Below, piece after piece: positions 38,543 through 50,510 of a stretch of 64,000 nucleotides of DNA. The notes below the pieces were generated by a model. It was not told the origin of the DNA. It saw only the letters and a list, made by a program, of their open reading frames with translations, and did no database searches. The translations under genes and the position numbers were made by a program. How positions within the stretch are numbered: position 1 is the stretch's first letter; each line of letters starts with the position of its first letter. The stretch is from an uncultured Gammaproteobacteria bacterium (GTDB lineage: Bacteria > Pseudomonadota > Gammaproteobacteria > Steroidobacterales > Rariloculaceae), in assembly GCA_963699925.1 (NCBI GenBank), contig CAVOVT010000013.1, forward strand, positions 25,187 through 89,186, written 5' to 3'.

Positions 38543-38577
38543 CCGATACGCTCCCTACGCGTGCTGACGGCGCTAGG

Positions 38578-39636
<1,059 letters not shown>

Positions 39637-40140
39637 TTAGGTAAAACAGACGCGGACTCTAGCAACGGCTCAACTAATCCACAAGCGACAGCTATAGTTT
39701 AATGAGAAGCGCGTCACCGGCCGCGACGCGGCTCTCAAAAGCCGCTCCCGAAGGCGAGACGTAGCGCTCCTTGCCACGGTTTTCCTCGTCCCCATTCCGT
39801 CTCCTTTAGGCTGAATTCCGCCTTGCGGACCACTCGCGACCGACGCCTAAGCTCGAAGCTCAGCGCTACACGCGCCACGGCATGCTGCAGGCGTTCGTCT
39901 CTGCGGAGCTGCGGACACTGTTGCCATGTGGCTCGTCGGCGAGGACGGCACCGTCGAGATGTTCGACTCGAGCGGCCGAATCGATGCGAGCTCGTTCGGA
40001 ATCGCGCTGAGTCCGCTTCGCTGGCGTCGGCGCCGATAGCGAACTCGAGGCAACGCGTCGAGACCGAAGCTCGCGGGCCGTCGTGTATAGTTTGTCGCCG
40101 AAGTCTGACGAACAATGCCGCGATTCAGGACCGGATCATC

Positions 40141-40425
40141 GTGCTGACTCCAGAAGACATCCGCCGCCTTTGCCTGCTCGCCCGCGTCGAGATCACGGCG
40201 GACGAGATCGCGGACGCGTCGGCGAAGCTCTCGAGCATCGTCGCAATGGTCGATCAGCTGCAGGCCGTCGACACGAAAGGCGTCGCGCCGATGGCCCACC
40301 CGCTCGACCGCGCGCAGCGGCTGCGCGATGACCGCGTGACGGAAACCGATCGCCACGAGCTCTACCAGCGCAACGCGCCGCTCGTCGAGCGCGATCTCTA
40401 CCTGGTCCCTAGAGTGATCGACTAG
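40141..40425 (+). CDS. gatC: Asp/Glu-tRNA amidotransferase subunit C
   Basis: This is the last 94 codons of ORF 39823..40425, starting at GTG 40141 ([22 protein letters not shown]...MAHPLD...LRDD). The start choice is uncertain. Confidence 0.85.
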   Translation: MLTPEDIRRLCLLARVEITADEIADASAKLSSIVAMVDQLQAVDTKGVAPMAHPLDRAQRLRDDRVTETDRHELYQRNAPLVERDLYLVPRVID

Positions 40426-40441
40426 CCGTCATCGAGTAGCC

Positions 40442-41902
40442 GTGCACGACCGCACCTTGACCGAGCTCGCGGCCGACCTCGCGACGAAGCGTGTCTCCGC
40501 CGTCGAGCTCACGAAGCACTTCCTAGCGCGCATCGAGCGTTTCGACGACGCGCTGAACGCGTTCGTCACCGTGACGGCCGATCAGGCGCTCGCACAGGCG
40601 AAAGCCGCGGACGAGCGTCGCGCGCGCGGCGACCCGGCGCCGCTCTTAGGTCTCCCGCTCGCGCACAAGGACATCTTCTGCACCGCCGGCGTGAAGACTA
40701 CGTGCGGATCGAAGATGCTCGACAACTTCGTCGCGCCGTACGACGCGACCGTGATCGAGCGCTTCGCGGACGCGGGCGCCGTGATGCTCGGCAAGACGAA
40801 CATGGACGAGTTCGCGATGGGCTCGTCGAACGAGACGAGCTACTACGGGCCCGTGCACAACCCGTGGGATCTCGCGCTCGTGCCGGGCGGCTCGTCGGGC
40901 GGCTCGGCCGCCGCGGTCGCCGCGCGCATCGCGACGGCCGCGACCGGAACGGACACCGGCGGCTCGATCCGCCAGCCCGCGGCGCTGTCCGGAATCACCG
41001 GCATCAAGCCCACCTACGGCCGCGTGTCGCGCTACGGAATGATCGCGTTCGCCTCGAGCCTCGATCAGGCCGGCGTGCTCACGCAAACCGCCGCCGACGC
41101 GGCGCTGCTGCTCGAGGCGATCGCGGGTTTCGACGAGCGCGACTCGACGTCGCTCGACGAGCCCGTGCCGCGCTACTCCGAGATCATCGATCAGCCCTGG
41201 GAGCGCGTGACGATCGGCGTGCCAGAGAATTTCTTCGACTCAGGGCTAGACCCCGAGGTCGCGAGCACTGTCCGCGCCGCGTTGAAGGAATACGAGAAGC
41301 TCGGCGCGACGCTCAAGAACGTGAAGCTCGACTACATCCACCTCTCGGTCCCCGCGTACTACGTGGTCGCGCCGGCCGAGGCCTCGTCGAACTTGTCGCG
41401 CTTCGACGGCGTGCGCTTCGGCCATCGAGCAAGCGACGCGATACGCGAAGACCTTGCGACCTTCTACATGCGCAACCGGGGCGAGGGTTTCGGCGCGGAA
41501 GTGAAGCGGCGAATCCTGACCGGAACCTACGTGCTCTCGGCCGGCTACTTCGACGCGTACTACTTGCAAGCGCAGAAGGTCCGCAAGCTGATCAGCGACG
41601 ACTTCGCGCGCGCGTTCCGCGACGTCGACCTCGTCGCCGGACCGACGTCGCCTTCGCCCGCGTTCGGCATCGGCCACAAGACGAGCAACCCGATCGAGAT
41701 GTACTTGAACGACATCTACACGATCGGCGCGAATCTCGCGGGCGTGCCCGCGATGTCGCTGCCGTGCGGCTTCGTGCGCGGGCTGCCGGTCGGCTTGCAG
41801 CTGATCGCGCCGCCGCTCGCGGAAGGGCCGCTGCTCAAAGCGGCGCATCACTATCAGCGCGTGACGGACTGGCACCGGCGCTATCCCGAGAATTACGCCT
41901 GA
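40442..41902 (+). CDS. gatA: Asp/Glu-tRNA amidotransferase subunit A
   Basis: ORF 40442..41902 (GTG). The amidase signature is [13 protein letters not shown]...[13 protein letters not shown]. Confidence 0.95.
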   Translation: MHDRTLTELAADLATKRVSAVELTKHFLARIERFDDALNAFVTVTADQALAQAKAADERRARGDPAPLLGLPLAHKDIFCTAGVKTTCGSKMLDNFVAPYDATVIERFADAGAVMLGKTNMDEFAMGSSNETSYYGPVHNPWDLALVPGGSSGGSAAAVAARIATAATGTDTGGSIRQPAALSGITGIKPTYGRVSRYGMIAFASSLDQAGVLTQTAADAALLLEAIAGFDERDSTSLDEPVPRYSEIIDQPWERVTIGVPENFFDSGLDPEVASTVRAALKEYEKLGATLKNVKLDYIHLSVPAYYVVAPAEASSNLSRFDGVRFGHRASDAIREDLATFYMRNRGEGFGAEVKRRILTGTYVLSAGYFDAYYLQAQKVRKLISDDFARAFRDVDLVAGPTSPSPAFGIGHKTSNPIEMYLNDIYTIGANLAGVPAMSLPCGFVRGLPVGLQLIAPPLAEGPLLKAAHHYQRVTDWHRRYPENYA

Positions 41903-41913
41903 GGCCCGCGGCG

Positions 41914-43348
41914 ATGAGTTGGGAGACCGTGATCGGCCTCGAGATCCACGCGCAGCTCGCGACGGCGAGCAAGATCTTCTCCGGCACGGCGACGCGTTAC
42001 GGCGCCGCACCGAACAGCCAGGCGAGCCTCATCGACCTCGGCTACCCAGGCACGCTGCCGGTGCTCAACGCCGAGGCCGTGCGGATGGCGATCAAGTTCG
42101 GGCTCGCGACGGGCTGCACGATCTCGCGCCGCTCGGTGTTCGCGCGCAAGAACTACTTCTACCCCGACCTGCCGAAGGGCTATCAGATCAGCCAGTACGA
42201 GTTGCCGGTCGTGCACACGGGCAGCGTCGAGATCGAGCTCGCGGACGGTGCGACAAAGGCGGTCCGCATCACGCGTGCACACCTGGAGGAGGACGCCGGC
42301 AAGTCGCTGCACGAGGACTTCGCCGGCATGTCGGGAATCGACTTGAATCGCGCGGGCACGCCGCTGCTCGAGATCGTCTCGGAGCCCGATCTGCGCTCGG
42401 CCATAGAGGCCGGCACGTACATGCGCAAGATCCACGCGCTCGTGCGCTACCTCGAAATCTGCGACGGCAACATGCAGGAAGGCTCGTTCCGCTGCGACGC
42501 GAACGTGTCGCTGCGCCGCCAGGGCGAGACGAAGCTCGGCACCCGCACGGAGCTCAAGAACCTGAACTCGTTTCGCTTCGTCGAGAAAGCGATCGAGGTC
42601 GAGGTCGAGCGGCAGATCGAGCTGATCGAGACCGGCGGCAAGGTCGTGCAGGAGACTCGGCTGTACGATCCCGACCGCGACGAGACTCGGCCGATGCGCA
42701 GCAAGGAAGAAGCGAACGACTATCGCTACTTCCCGGACCCCGATCTCTTACCGATCGTGATCGACGACGACGCGATCGAGGCGGTGCGAGCCACGCTGCC
42801 CGAGCTGCCCGATGCGAAACGCGATCGCTTTGGCAGGCAGTACGGCCTGTCCTCTTACGACGCGGGCGTGCTCACGGCGCAGCGCGCGCTCGCCGAGTAC
42901 TTCGAGGAAGTCGCGAGCGCGACGCGCGCCCAACCGAAGGTCGCGGCGAACTGGGTGATCGGCGAGCTCGCGGCCGCGCTCAACCGCGATGGCCTCGATA
43001 TCGCCGCGTCGCGCGTATCGCCGAGCGCGCTCGCGGCGCTGCTCGATCGCGATCGCCGACGGCTCGATCTCCGGCAAGATCGCGAAGGAAGTATTCGAGG
43101 CGCTCTGGAACGGCGAAGGCACCGTGGCCGAGATCATCGACAAGCGCGGGCTCACGCAGATCTCGGACTCGGCGAGCATCGACGCGCTCGTCGACCAAGT
43201 GATCGCCGCGAACCCGACGCAGGTCGAGCAGTTCCGCGCGGGCAAGCAACAGGTGCTCGGCTTCCTCGTCGGCCAGGTGATGAAGGCCTCGAAGGGAAAA
43301 GCGAACCCTCAGCAGGTCAACGACGCGCTGCGCAAGAAGCTCGGCTGA
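41914..43348 (+). pseudogene. gatB: Asp/Glu-tRNA amidotransferase subunit B, one frame break
   Basis: ATG 41914 ([15 protein letters not shown]...) lies in the frame of ORF 40702..43443. The C-terminus ([19 protein letters not shown]...) is in ORF 42989..43348. An extra g near 43051 sits inside the short repeat gatcgcgatcgc. Confidence 0.9.
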
Positions 43349-43527
43349 ACGCCCTTCGGCCGCGTGAGAGCGTCGCGTGCCGCGACCGGTCCACGGCGGC
43401 TGTTAGGCCGATCGGACCACGGGTTCCCTCGCGGTACACCTAGCCCGGCGGCGGCGCAATGAGTTCGGCTATCCCGTACGGCAACGGGAATCGCAGGACG
43501 CGACATGGCGAGCTCGAAGGATCCTGG

Positions 43528-44616
43528 ATGACAACCCAGCGCGAACCGCGCGTCGTCAAGGGGATGGAGAGCGCTCGGCTCACGCGCGAACAATTCGAGC
43601 GGCGGTTCCGTGAACGCTTCGCCGATCCTGCCTTCGACGCCGTCGCCGATGCGCTCGATGCGGTGATCGACGTCGCATGGCAGGGCTACGAGGCGCAGCG
43701 TAAGAGCCCTCGCCAAAGGCCCGCGGGCGTGGGATACGCAGACCCCGCCTTCGAGCTGTCCGTCGACTGGCTTGCGACGCGGGCGGCGATCGAGGCGGCG
43801 CGCGTTCGCCATGACGACGCGAGCGCACCGTCCCGCGTATTGCTGATCAACGGCTCGGCGCGGACGGACCAGAGCTGCCCGGGCGAGATGTCGAAAAGCT
43901 ATCGGCTTGCCCGACTCGCCGAAGCAGCCATCCTCGCGAATCCTCGGTTCGAAGTAGATTTCCTCGATCTATCGCGGCTCGTTTCCGAGCACGGCCGCGT
44001 CATCTATCCCTGCAAGTCTTGCGTCTCGACCGCGCAGCCGCTGTGCCATTGGCCATGCTCGTGCTATCCGAACCATTCACTCGGTCAGACACAGGACTGG
44101 ATGAACGAGCTGTATCCGCGCTGGGTCGCAGCGCATGGCGCGATGATCGTGTGTCCCGTCAATTGGTATCACGTCCCGTCGGTCTTGAAGCTCATGATCG
44201 ACCGGCTAGTCTGCGCCGACGGTGGTAACCCCGACCCGACGAGCACCCAGGGCAAGGACGCAGCGCGCGCCAAGCAAATCGAGCTCGCCGGCTGGCCGTA
44301 TCCGAAGCACCTTCAGGGCCGCGCGTATGCCGTCGTGGTGCACGGCGACGCCGCCGGCGTCGGCGACGTTCGCCGGGCGCTCTGCGATTGGTTCGATTCG
44401 ATGGAGCTCGTCCGCGCGGGCGCGAGCGGCGCGATCGATCGTTACATCGGCTATTACGAGCCGTACGCGGTCAGCCACGACGCGCTCGACCGCGACGAGG
44501 CCGTGCAAGAGGAAACGCGCAACGCGGCGCGTACTCTCGTCGAGACCGTCGAGCGAATTCGCCGTGGCGAAGACCTGCGGCCCGACAAGTGCCTCGCGTC
44601 GCCGCGAAACAAGTAG
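43528..44616 (+). CDS. flavodoxin-fold NAD(P)H-dependent FMN reductase family protein with an Isf-like Cys cluster
   Basis: ORF 43459..44616; I place the start at ATG 43528 (AAGGA upstream). Motifs are LLINGSARTD and YPCKSCVSTAQPLCHWPCSC (CX2CX7CX3CXC), followed by WMNELYPRWVAAHGAMIVCPVNWYHVPSVLKLMIDRL. Confidence 0.7.
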   Translation: MTTQREPRVVKGMESARLTREQFERRFRERFADPAFDAVADALDAVIDVAWQGYEAQRKSPRQRPAGVGYADPAFELSVDWLATRAAIEAARVRHDDASAPSRVLLINGSARTDQSCPGEMSKSYRLARLAEAAILANPRFEVDFLDLSRLVSEHGRVIYPCKSCVSTAQPLCHWPCSCYPNHSLGQTQDWMNELYPRWVAAHGAMIVCPVNWYHVPSVLKLMIDRLVCADGGNPDPTSTQGKDAARAKQIELAGWPYPKHLQGRAYAVVVHGDAAGVGDVRRALCDWFDSMELVRAGASGAIDRYIGYYEPYAVSHDALDRDEAVQEETRNAARTLVETVERIRRGEDLRPDKCLASPRNK

Positions 44617-44790
44617 CGCGCCCGCGCAGCCAGCGACCGGTGTAACCGCCGGGTTGGCAACGGTGTGCACGACGGCCCGCTGTCGACCGACGACTATCGG
44701 GTCTGTACAGTTGCCGCGATGGCGAAGATCGGACGCAACGGGCCCTAAGGTGGCTGCGGCTGCGTCGAAACACATACAAGAGGTCTCTCG

Positions 44791-45657
44791 ATGCGCTACT
44801 CGTCTTTGTATCTCGCGCTGATCGTGCTCGCCTTCGTCGCGGCAACGCCCGTCTCTGCGCAAGTCATCACCGCGGACGGCCCAGTCGTCTACGGTCACCA
44901 CCACTTCAACACGACGGACATGGCGGCTCAGAAGCGGTTCTTCGTCGACACGCTCGGCGGCAAAGCCGCGACGATCGGCACCAACAACACCGAAGTCATC
45001 GAGTTCCCGAATGTGTTCCTGTTCTTCCGGCCGATGCAGAGGCCGACGGGCGGCACGATCGGCAGCACGGTGAACCATGTCGGCTTCTCGGTGCCCGACT
45101 TGAAACCCGTGGTCGCGAAGCTCAAGGCCAATGGCTACAAGATGATCACGAGCGAGTCGGTGGCTTCGACCGTGAAGATCACCGACGACATCGCTGCCGC
45201 GAGTCCGACGACGAACATCGCGTTCGCGCTCGGCCCTGAAGACATCAAGGTCGAGCTAGTCGAAGTGAAGTCGCAAACAGCGCCGATCCAGCTGCACCAT
45301 GTGCACTTCTTCGGCGAGCACCGCGACGAGATGCAGGCCTGGTACGCGAAAGTGTTCGGCGCGACGGTGAACCCCGCCAACCCGAACCAGGCGTTCGTGA
45401 CGGACCAGTTACCGGGAGTGACGTTGAGCTTCTCGCCCTCGTCGACGCCGACGGTCGCCACGCAAGGCCGAGCGCTCGATCACATCGGCTTCGAGGTGAA
45501 GAATCTCGAAGCGTTCACGAAGAAGCTCGAGGCCGACGGCATTCCGCTGACGGTCTCGTATCGGAAGGTCGACACTCTCGGCATAGCCATTGCCTTCATC
45601 AAGGATCCCTGGGGCACGAACATCGAGCTGACCGAGGGGCTCGCGAAGATCAGGTAG
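44791..45657 (+). CDS. secreted two-domain VOC/glyoxalase-fold protein
   Basis: ORF 44791..45657. The signal peptide is MRYSSLYLALIVLAFVAATPVSAQ. Two repeats of the VOC fold are visible (HHHFNT...VNHVGFSV and HHVHFF...LDHIGFEV). Confidence 0.75.
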   Translation: MRYSSLYLALIVLAFVAATPVSAQVITADGPVVYGHHHFNTTDMAAQKRFFVDTLGGKAATIGTNNTEVIEFPNVFLFFRPMQRPTGGTIGSTVNHVGFSVPDLKPVVAKLKANGYKMITSESVASTVKITDDIAAASPTTNIAFALGPEDIKVELVEVKSQTAPIQLHHVHFFGEHRDEMQAWYAKVFGATVNPANPNQAFVTDQLPGVTLSFSPSSTPTVATQGRALDHIGFEVKNLEAFTKKLEADGIPLTVSYRKVDTLGIAIAFIKDPWGTNIELTEGLAKIR

Positions 45658-45673
45658 CTGGACCGGAACGTCG

Positions 45674-46525
45674 ATGAACGAAGTGCAGGGATTCCTGCTC
45701 GAAGGCAGCGGCATCCGCGGGGCGGTGGTCCGCCTCGAGGAAACGTGGCGCCAGGTCATCGCCGAGCACAGCTACACGCCGCAAGTGCGCGCGTTGCTCG
45801 GCGAGGGCATCGCCGCCACGGTGCTGCTCGCGAGCGGAATCAAGGCGAGACCGAGCGTCTCGCTGCAACTGCAAGGCGAAGGGCCGCTCAAGCTGCTCGT
45901 GATCCAGTGCGCGGACGGCTCGCGCGTGCGCGGCATGGCGCACTACTCGCGCGAGCCGCAAACGATACCGCTGCTCGGGGCTGGCCGGCTCGTCGTGAAC
46001 GTCGACACGGGTCGACCGAACGGATTTTTCCAGGGCATCGTGCCGCTCATGAGCGACAAGCTCGACGCGTGCCTCGAGGCCTACTTCGAGCAGTCCGAGC
46101 AGCTCGCGACGCGGCTGATCTTGAAGACGAGCGAGGGCCGGGTCGCGGGCCTGATGCTGCAGATGCTGCCGGGCCACGACGACAAGCGAGACGTCGACGC
46201 GTTCGAGGACGCCGCGGCCTGCGCGGCGACGGTCTCGGCGGACGAGCTCACGGGTCTCGCGGCCGAGGAGCTGCTGCCAAAGCTGTTCGCGGGCCACGAG
46301 ATCCGCCTGTTCAAACCGCATTCGGTGACCCACGACTGCCGCTGCACGCCCGAGCGGCTCGCCGGCATCGTGCGGATGCTCGGCGAGGACGAGGTCAAGA
46401 GCCTGATCGCCGAGCAGGGTCACGTCGAGCTCACCTGCGAGTTCTGCAACCGCACCTTCCGCTACGACGAGCAGGCCACGCAGGCGATCCTGCACGACGG
46501 CGTTCAGAGCTCGGTCCTTCACTGA
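45674..46525 (+). CDS. hslO: redox-regulated chaperone Hsp33
   Basis: ORF 45674..46525. The C-terminal zinc centre is HDCRCTPERL...ELTCEFCNRTFRY. Confidence 0.9.
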   Translation: MNEVQGFLLEGSGIRGAVVRLEETWRQVIAEHSYTPQVRALLGEGIAATVLLASGIKARPSVSLQLQGEGPLKLLVIQCADGSRVRGMAHYSREPQTIPLLGAGRLVVNVDTGRPNGFFQGIVPLMSDKLDACLEAYFEQSEQLATRLILKTSEGRVAGLMLQMLPGHDDKRDVDAFEDAAACAATVSADELTGLAAEELLPKLFAGHEIRLFKPHSVTHDCRCTPERLAGIVRMLGEDEVKSLIAEQGHVELTCEFCNRTFRYDEQATQAILHDGVQSSVLH

Positions 46526-46608
46526 CGCGCCCCGCCGTTGCCGCGGCCGGCCCGCCGCGGCGATGATGCTCGCGCCGCCGATCGGAGCGGCGCAACAGGG
46601 GGAACAGC

Positions 46609-47154
46609 GTGCCAACGACGACCTTCGGCTTCGGTCAGCGAGCGGGCCAGATCGTGCAGACGGCCTACGTCGTGCAGAGGATCCGTCCCGCGATCGATTG
46701 GTGGATCAAAGACGGCAAGGCCGGTCCGTTCTTCTTGCTCGACAGCTTCACGGGCGCCGACCAGCGCTACCGCGGTGGGCCGACAAAAGCCGACGTGAGC
46801 ATCGCAATGGGCTTCGCGGGCCACATGATGATCGAGCTGATTCAGCCGAAGGACAACGAGCCGTCGGTGTACAAGGAGATCGTCGATCGGCGCGGTTACG
46901 GATTCCATCACCTCGGCATCGCGTTCGACGACGTCGAGGCGCAGCGGCACGAGTACGAGGGGCGCGGCTATCACGTCGCGTTCTCCGCGCCGGTGCCGAG
47001 CGGCGGCACGGTGTACTACATGGGCGACGGCGACGGCGCGCCGGGGTTCGTCGAGCTGATTCCCGCGACGCCCGGCATGGACGAAATGTTCACGCGTTAC
47101 TGGCGCGCGAGCGTGGACTGGGACGGCAAGGACCCGATCCGGCCGTTCGGCTGA
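46609..47154 (+). CDS. VOC-family protein
   Basis: ORF 46609..47154 (GTG, with AGGGGGAA upstream). Motifs are IVQTAYVVQRI...MIELIQP...GFHHLGIAFDDVE. Confidence 0.7.
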   Translation: MPTTTFGFGQRAGQIVQTAYVVQRIRPAIDWWIKDGKAGPFFLLDSFTGADQRYRGGPTKADVSIAMGFAGHMMIELIQPKDNEPSVYKEIVDRRGYGFHHLGIAFDDVEAQRHEYEGRGYHVAFSAPVPSGGTVYYMGDGDGAPGFVELIPATPGMDEMFTRYWRASVDWDGKDPIRPFG

Positions 47155-47234
47155 GCCGACGCTCGTGGACGGCGATCGCAGACGATCGTCGCACGCGACC
47201 CGGACACGGCTCGAGTCGCCCCCGCCTTCCGGGC

Positions 47235-49727
47235 TCATTCGTCGCGCAGCACGCGGCTCGGCACCGTGCGCGCCGCACGCAGCGTCTGCGCGCCGATCGC
47301 GAGCCACGCGACGCCGACGGTCGCCGCAAGTGCGAACGCGAACGGTGCGGGCGTGAGCGCGATCGGATCCAAGAACGCGCCGAGATAGGCGCGCGCCGCG
47401 TAATACGCGATCGGCCAGACGACGACGTTCGCGACCAGCACCGGCGCGGAGAAGCTCGCGACGAGCAGCCGCACGATCCGTGCCGTGCTCGCGCCGAACG
47501 CCTTGCGCACGCCGATCTCGCGTCGCCGCCGCGCGGCGACGAGCGCGGCCATGCCGACCAGGCCCACCGTCGAGATCGCGAGCGCCATCGCCGTGAGCAC
47601 GCCGAACACGCGGTTCAGCCTCAGGAAAATCTCGAACCGACGATTGAAGGTCTCGTCGAAGAAGCTGCGGCGGATCGCGACGTGCGGAGCGAGCCGGCTC
47701 CAGACGGCGTCGATCTGCTCGAGGGCTCGGCCGACGTCGTCGGGCGCCACGCGCACGTAGGTCACGTCGCCGCTCGGCGCGAGCTGGTACATCGCCGCGA
47801 CCGCTCCGCCGCCGCGAAACGTGAGGCGCCGATTCTCGACGACGCCGACGATCTGCATCGTGGGTGCTCCTACACCCACCGCGCCGCGGCGCGGGAAGTA
47901 CAGCACGTTGTCGATCGCTTGCTCGGGCGATCCGAATCCAAACTGCGTCACGAACGCTCGATCGACGATGACCGGCGCGGGCGCACCGTTGCGCGGCGCG
48001 GGCGCATCGTTCGGCTTTTCGTCCGCGGCGCGCTCCGGCGTGAAGCCGCGGCCCGCCAGTAACGGGATGTCCATGAGCCCGAGAAAGTCGTAGCCGACGT
48101 AGCGCACGAGCACGCGGCGCGGCGCCGCGTCCGGCTCCGTGCCGACGAACGCAACCGCGACGAGCCGCGTCCACGGCATCTGCGCGGACTCGGACACGGC
48201 TTTGACTTGCGGCACGCGGAGCAGCTCCGCGCGCAGCGTGCGCGACTCGACTTTAGTGAGCCGCGCCGGATTCTCGATCAGCACGAGCGGATCGCTCACG
48301 GCGCCGAGCCCGGTGCGCACGAGCTTCGCGTTCTGCAGCGAGATCACGGTGACCGCCACGAGCAGCAGGCTCGCGGCCGCGTACTGGACGCCGACGAGCA
48401 GCGCGGTCAAGCGGCGCGCCCCGAGCTGCACGCGCGCGGAGCGCAGCGCCGCGATGGGCGTGAGCCGCGCGAGCACTACCGCGGGATAGCCGCCCGCGAG
48501 CAGCGTCGCGGCGACGCCGGTCGCGCCGAGCGTGAGCCAGACGCGCGCGTCCGACACGAGCGCCGCGCCGACGTCCGCGCCGACGATGCGCCGGAGCACC
48601 GGCAGCTCGACGCCGAACGCGACGAGCGCCACGAGCATCGCGACGGCCGTGAGCAGCGCGGCCTCGGCGAGATGCTGCAGCGCGACGCGCGCGGGTCCCG
48701 CGCCGAGTGCCTTGCGCACACCGACCTCGCGCACGCGGCGCGTCGCGCGCGCCGTCGCGAGATTCGCGTAGTTCACGCACGCGACCGCGAGCACGAGCGC
48801 CCCTAGCGCGAGCAGCACGCTCGATACGGAGACCCCGATGTCGCGCGAGAAGAGCTCGGTATCGACGGCGTCGCGCAGCAACTTGCGCACCGGCAGCAGA
48901 TCGAACGTGACGGTGGCTCGCTCCTCGGCCGGCACGTGGCGCGCGGAGAACGCCGCGAGACCCGCGCGCAGCTCGGCCGCGGAGAGGCCCGAGGGCGGCA
49001 GCAACACGTACGTCGTCGCCATCGAGTTGGTCCAGCTGTTGCGCACCATCTTGATGAAATTCGGATCGGCCGAGGCTCTGACGGCGTCGAGCACGTCCAT
49101 CGACACGAGCAGATCGAAGCGCATCGGCGCGGCGGCGGAGCGCCCAAGGTGCGACGGCTCCGGCACGTCGTCGACCACGCCGGTCACGGTCACGTCCCCG
49201 ACGTTCGCGATCAGCACGCTGCGACCAACGGGATCGGCAGCGCCGAACAGTCGGACCGCTACGTCGCGCCGGATCACCGCGCTGCGCGGTGCGGCAAGCG
49301 CCGACCGCGCGTCGCCGGCTACGAAGGGCAGCGGGAACACGTCCAGGAACTCGGGATCGACCGCGATCGCATCGAGCCGCAGCGCGCGGGCGCCGAACGC
49401 GACGGGCGTCGGGTCGTCGAGCGGCAGCGCGCGCGCCACCTTCTCGAGCGCAGGGAAGTCCGTGCGCAGGAACTCGGCCGCCGTCTCCGGCGCACCGGTC
49501 AAGTTGCTGCGCGCGAAGCTGCCGTCGAGCAGCGCGAAGCTCATCGTGAGCACGTACGTGCGCGACGCGTTCGGAAACGCGTGCTCGGCGCGATCCCAGA
49601 ACGCGACGAAGCCGTAGGCCGTGAGGAAACACGCGAGCCCGATCGCGAGCGTAAGCACGTTGAGTGCCGTCGCGAGCGGCGCGCGGCGCGCGCTGCGCAA
49701 TGTGAGCGTTACGTATTGGCTCAACAT
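47235..49727 (-). CDS. duplicated FtsX/MacB-type ABC transporter permease (two permease modules, no adjacent ATPase)
   Basis: ORF 47235..49745; I place the start at ATG 49727 (MLSQYVTLTLRSARRAPLATALNVLTLAIGLA). There are two FtsX-like 4-TM modules separated by large periplasmic domains. The 830-codon frame is intact. Confidence 0.85.
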   Translation of the reverse strand: MLSQYVTLTLRSARRAPLATALNVLTLAIGLACFLTAYGFVAFWDRAEHAFPNASRTYVLTMSFALLDGSFARSNLTGAPETAAEFLRTDFPALEKVARALPLDDPTPVAFGARALRLDAIAVDPEFLDVFPLPFVAGDARSALAAPRSAVIRRDVAVRLFGAADPVGRSVLIANVGDVTVTGVVDDVPEPSHLGRSAAAPMRFDLLVSMDVLDAVRASADPNFIKMVRNSWTNSMATTYVLLPPSGLSAAELRAGLAAFSARHVPAEERATVTFDLLPVRKLLRDAVDTELFSRDIGVSVSSVLLALGALVLAVACVNYANLATARATRRVREVGVRKALGAGPARVALQHLAEAALLTAVAMLVALVAFGVELPVLRRIVGADVGAALVSDARVWLTLGATGVAATLLAGGYPAVVLARLTPIAALRSARVQLGARRLTALLVGVQYAAASLLLVAVTVISLQNAKLVRTGLGAVSDPLVLIENPARLTKVESRTLRAELLRVPQVKAVSESAQMPWTRLVAVAFVGTEPDAAPRRVLVRYVGYDFLGLMDIPLLAGRGFTPERAADEKPNDAPAPRNGAPAPVIVDRAFVTQFGFGSPEQAIDNVLYFPRRGAVGVGAPTMQIVGVVENRRLTFRGGGAVAAMYQLAPSGDVTYVRVAPDDVGRALEQIDAVWSRLAPHVAIRRSFFDETFNRRFEIFLRLNRVFGVLTAMALAISTVGLVGMAALVAARRRREIGVRKAFGASTARIVRLLVASFSAPVLVANVVVWPIAYYAARAYLGAFLDPIALTPAPFAFALAATVGVAWLAIGAQTLRAARTVPSRVLRDE

Positions 49728-49776
49728 GCCGCGGCAGCGGCGCACGAGGACGCGTCGACGGCGCGCACCGCGCGAA

Positions 49777-50510
49777 TCATCGGCTTGAGCACACCGCGCA
49801 GTCGGGATCGCGCTTCAGCGCGACGCGCTGCCAGTCGCCGCGCTTCGCGTCCCAGAGCAACAGCGCGCCGTGCAGCGCCGAGTCCCAGCCGAGCAGGAGC
49901 TTCAGCGCCTCGGCCGCCATCAGCGTGCCGATCACTCCCGGCACCGGCGCGAGCACGCCGTTGCCTTGGCAGTCGCCGAGCCACTCGTCCTCGTCGTCGT
50001 AGAGGCACGAGTAGCACGGGCCGCCGGCGCGGTTCGGGAAAACTGCGATCTGCCCTTCGAGCCGCACCGCGGCGCCCGAGACGAGCGGCTTGCGGCGCAC
50101 GACGCAGGCGCGATTCACCGCGAAGCGCGTCGCGAAGTTGTCGCTGCCGTCGAGCACGACGTCGGCGCCGCAACCGCGGCATCGAGCGCGGCGTCGTCGA
50201 GCCGCTGCGCGAGCGTCTCGACAGCGACGTCGGGGTTCAGCGCGCGCAGCCGAGCCGCGGCCGCGTCGACCTTGAGCTTGCCGACGTCCTCGGCCGTATA
50301 CAGGATCTGGCGCGGCAAGTTGGTCTCGTCGACGCGGTCGAAGTCGTTCAGCACGAGCCGGCCGATCCCGCTCGTCGCGAGGAACTGCGCGGCGGGGCAA
50401 CCGAGCCCGCCGAGCCCGACGATCAGCGCGCTGCCGGCCGCGATGCGTGTCTGGCCGGCCTCACCGACCTCGGCCAGCGCAACTTGGCGCGCGTAGCGCT
50501 TGCTCGTCAT
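49777..50510 (-). pseudogene. moeB: ThiF/MoeB-family adenylyltransferase (molybdopterin synthase adenylyltransferase-like), one frame break
   Basis: The N-terminal part is ORF 50115..50510 (RYARQVAL...IVGLGGLGCPAAQFLA). The C-terminal part is ORF 49777..50400 (GADVVLDGSDNFATRF...CYSCLY...PDCAVC). A g appears to be missing in a G/C run near 50166. Confidence 0.8.

Noticed and set aside
39926-40039. 37-codon ORF (MWLVGEDGTVEMFDSSGRIDASSFGIALSPLRWRRRR) in the 520-bp mreB/gatC intergenic region
   Set aside because: It is too short to support without homology or expression data, and no clear Shine-Dalgarno sequence is present. It may be a remnant. The region more likely holds the divergent mreB and gatCAB promoters (TATAGT-like boxes near 39693 and 40086, not convincing enough to call).
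40702-41913. First 400 codons of the 913-codon ORF 40702..43443
   Set aside because: They overlap gatA in a different frame and read as Arg-rich junk. Only the part from ATG 41914 (gatB) is real.
46519-48174. Two long overlapping ORFs (551 codons on the minus strand, 499 codons on the plus strand)
   Set aside because: They are shadow frames of the VOC gene and the FtsX permease gene and have no motifs.
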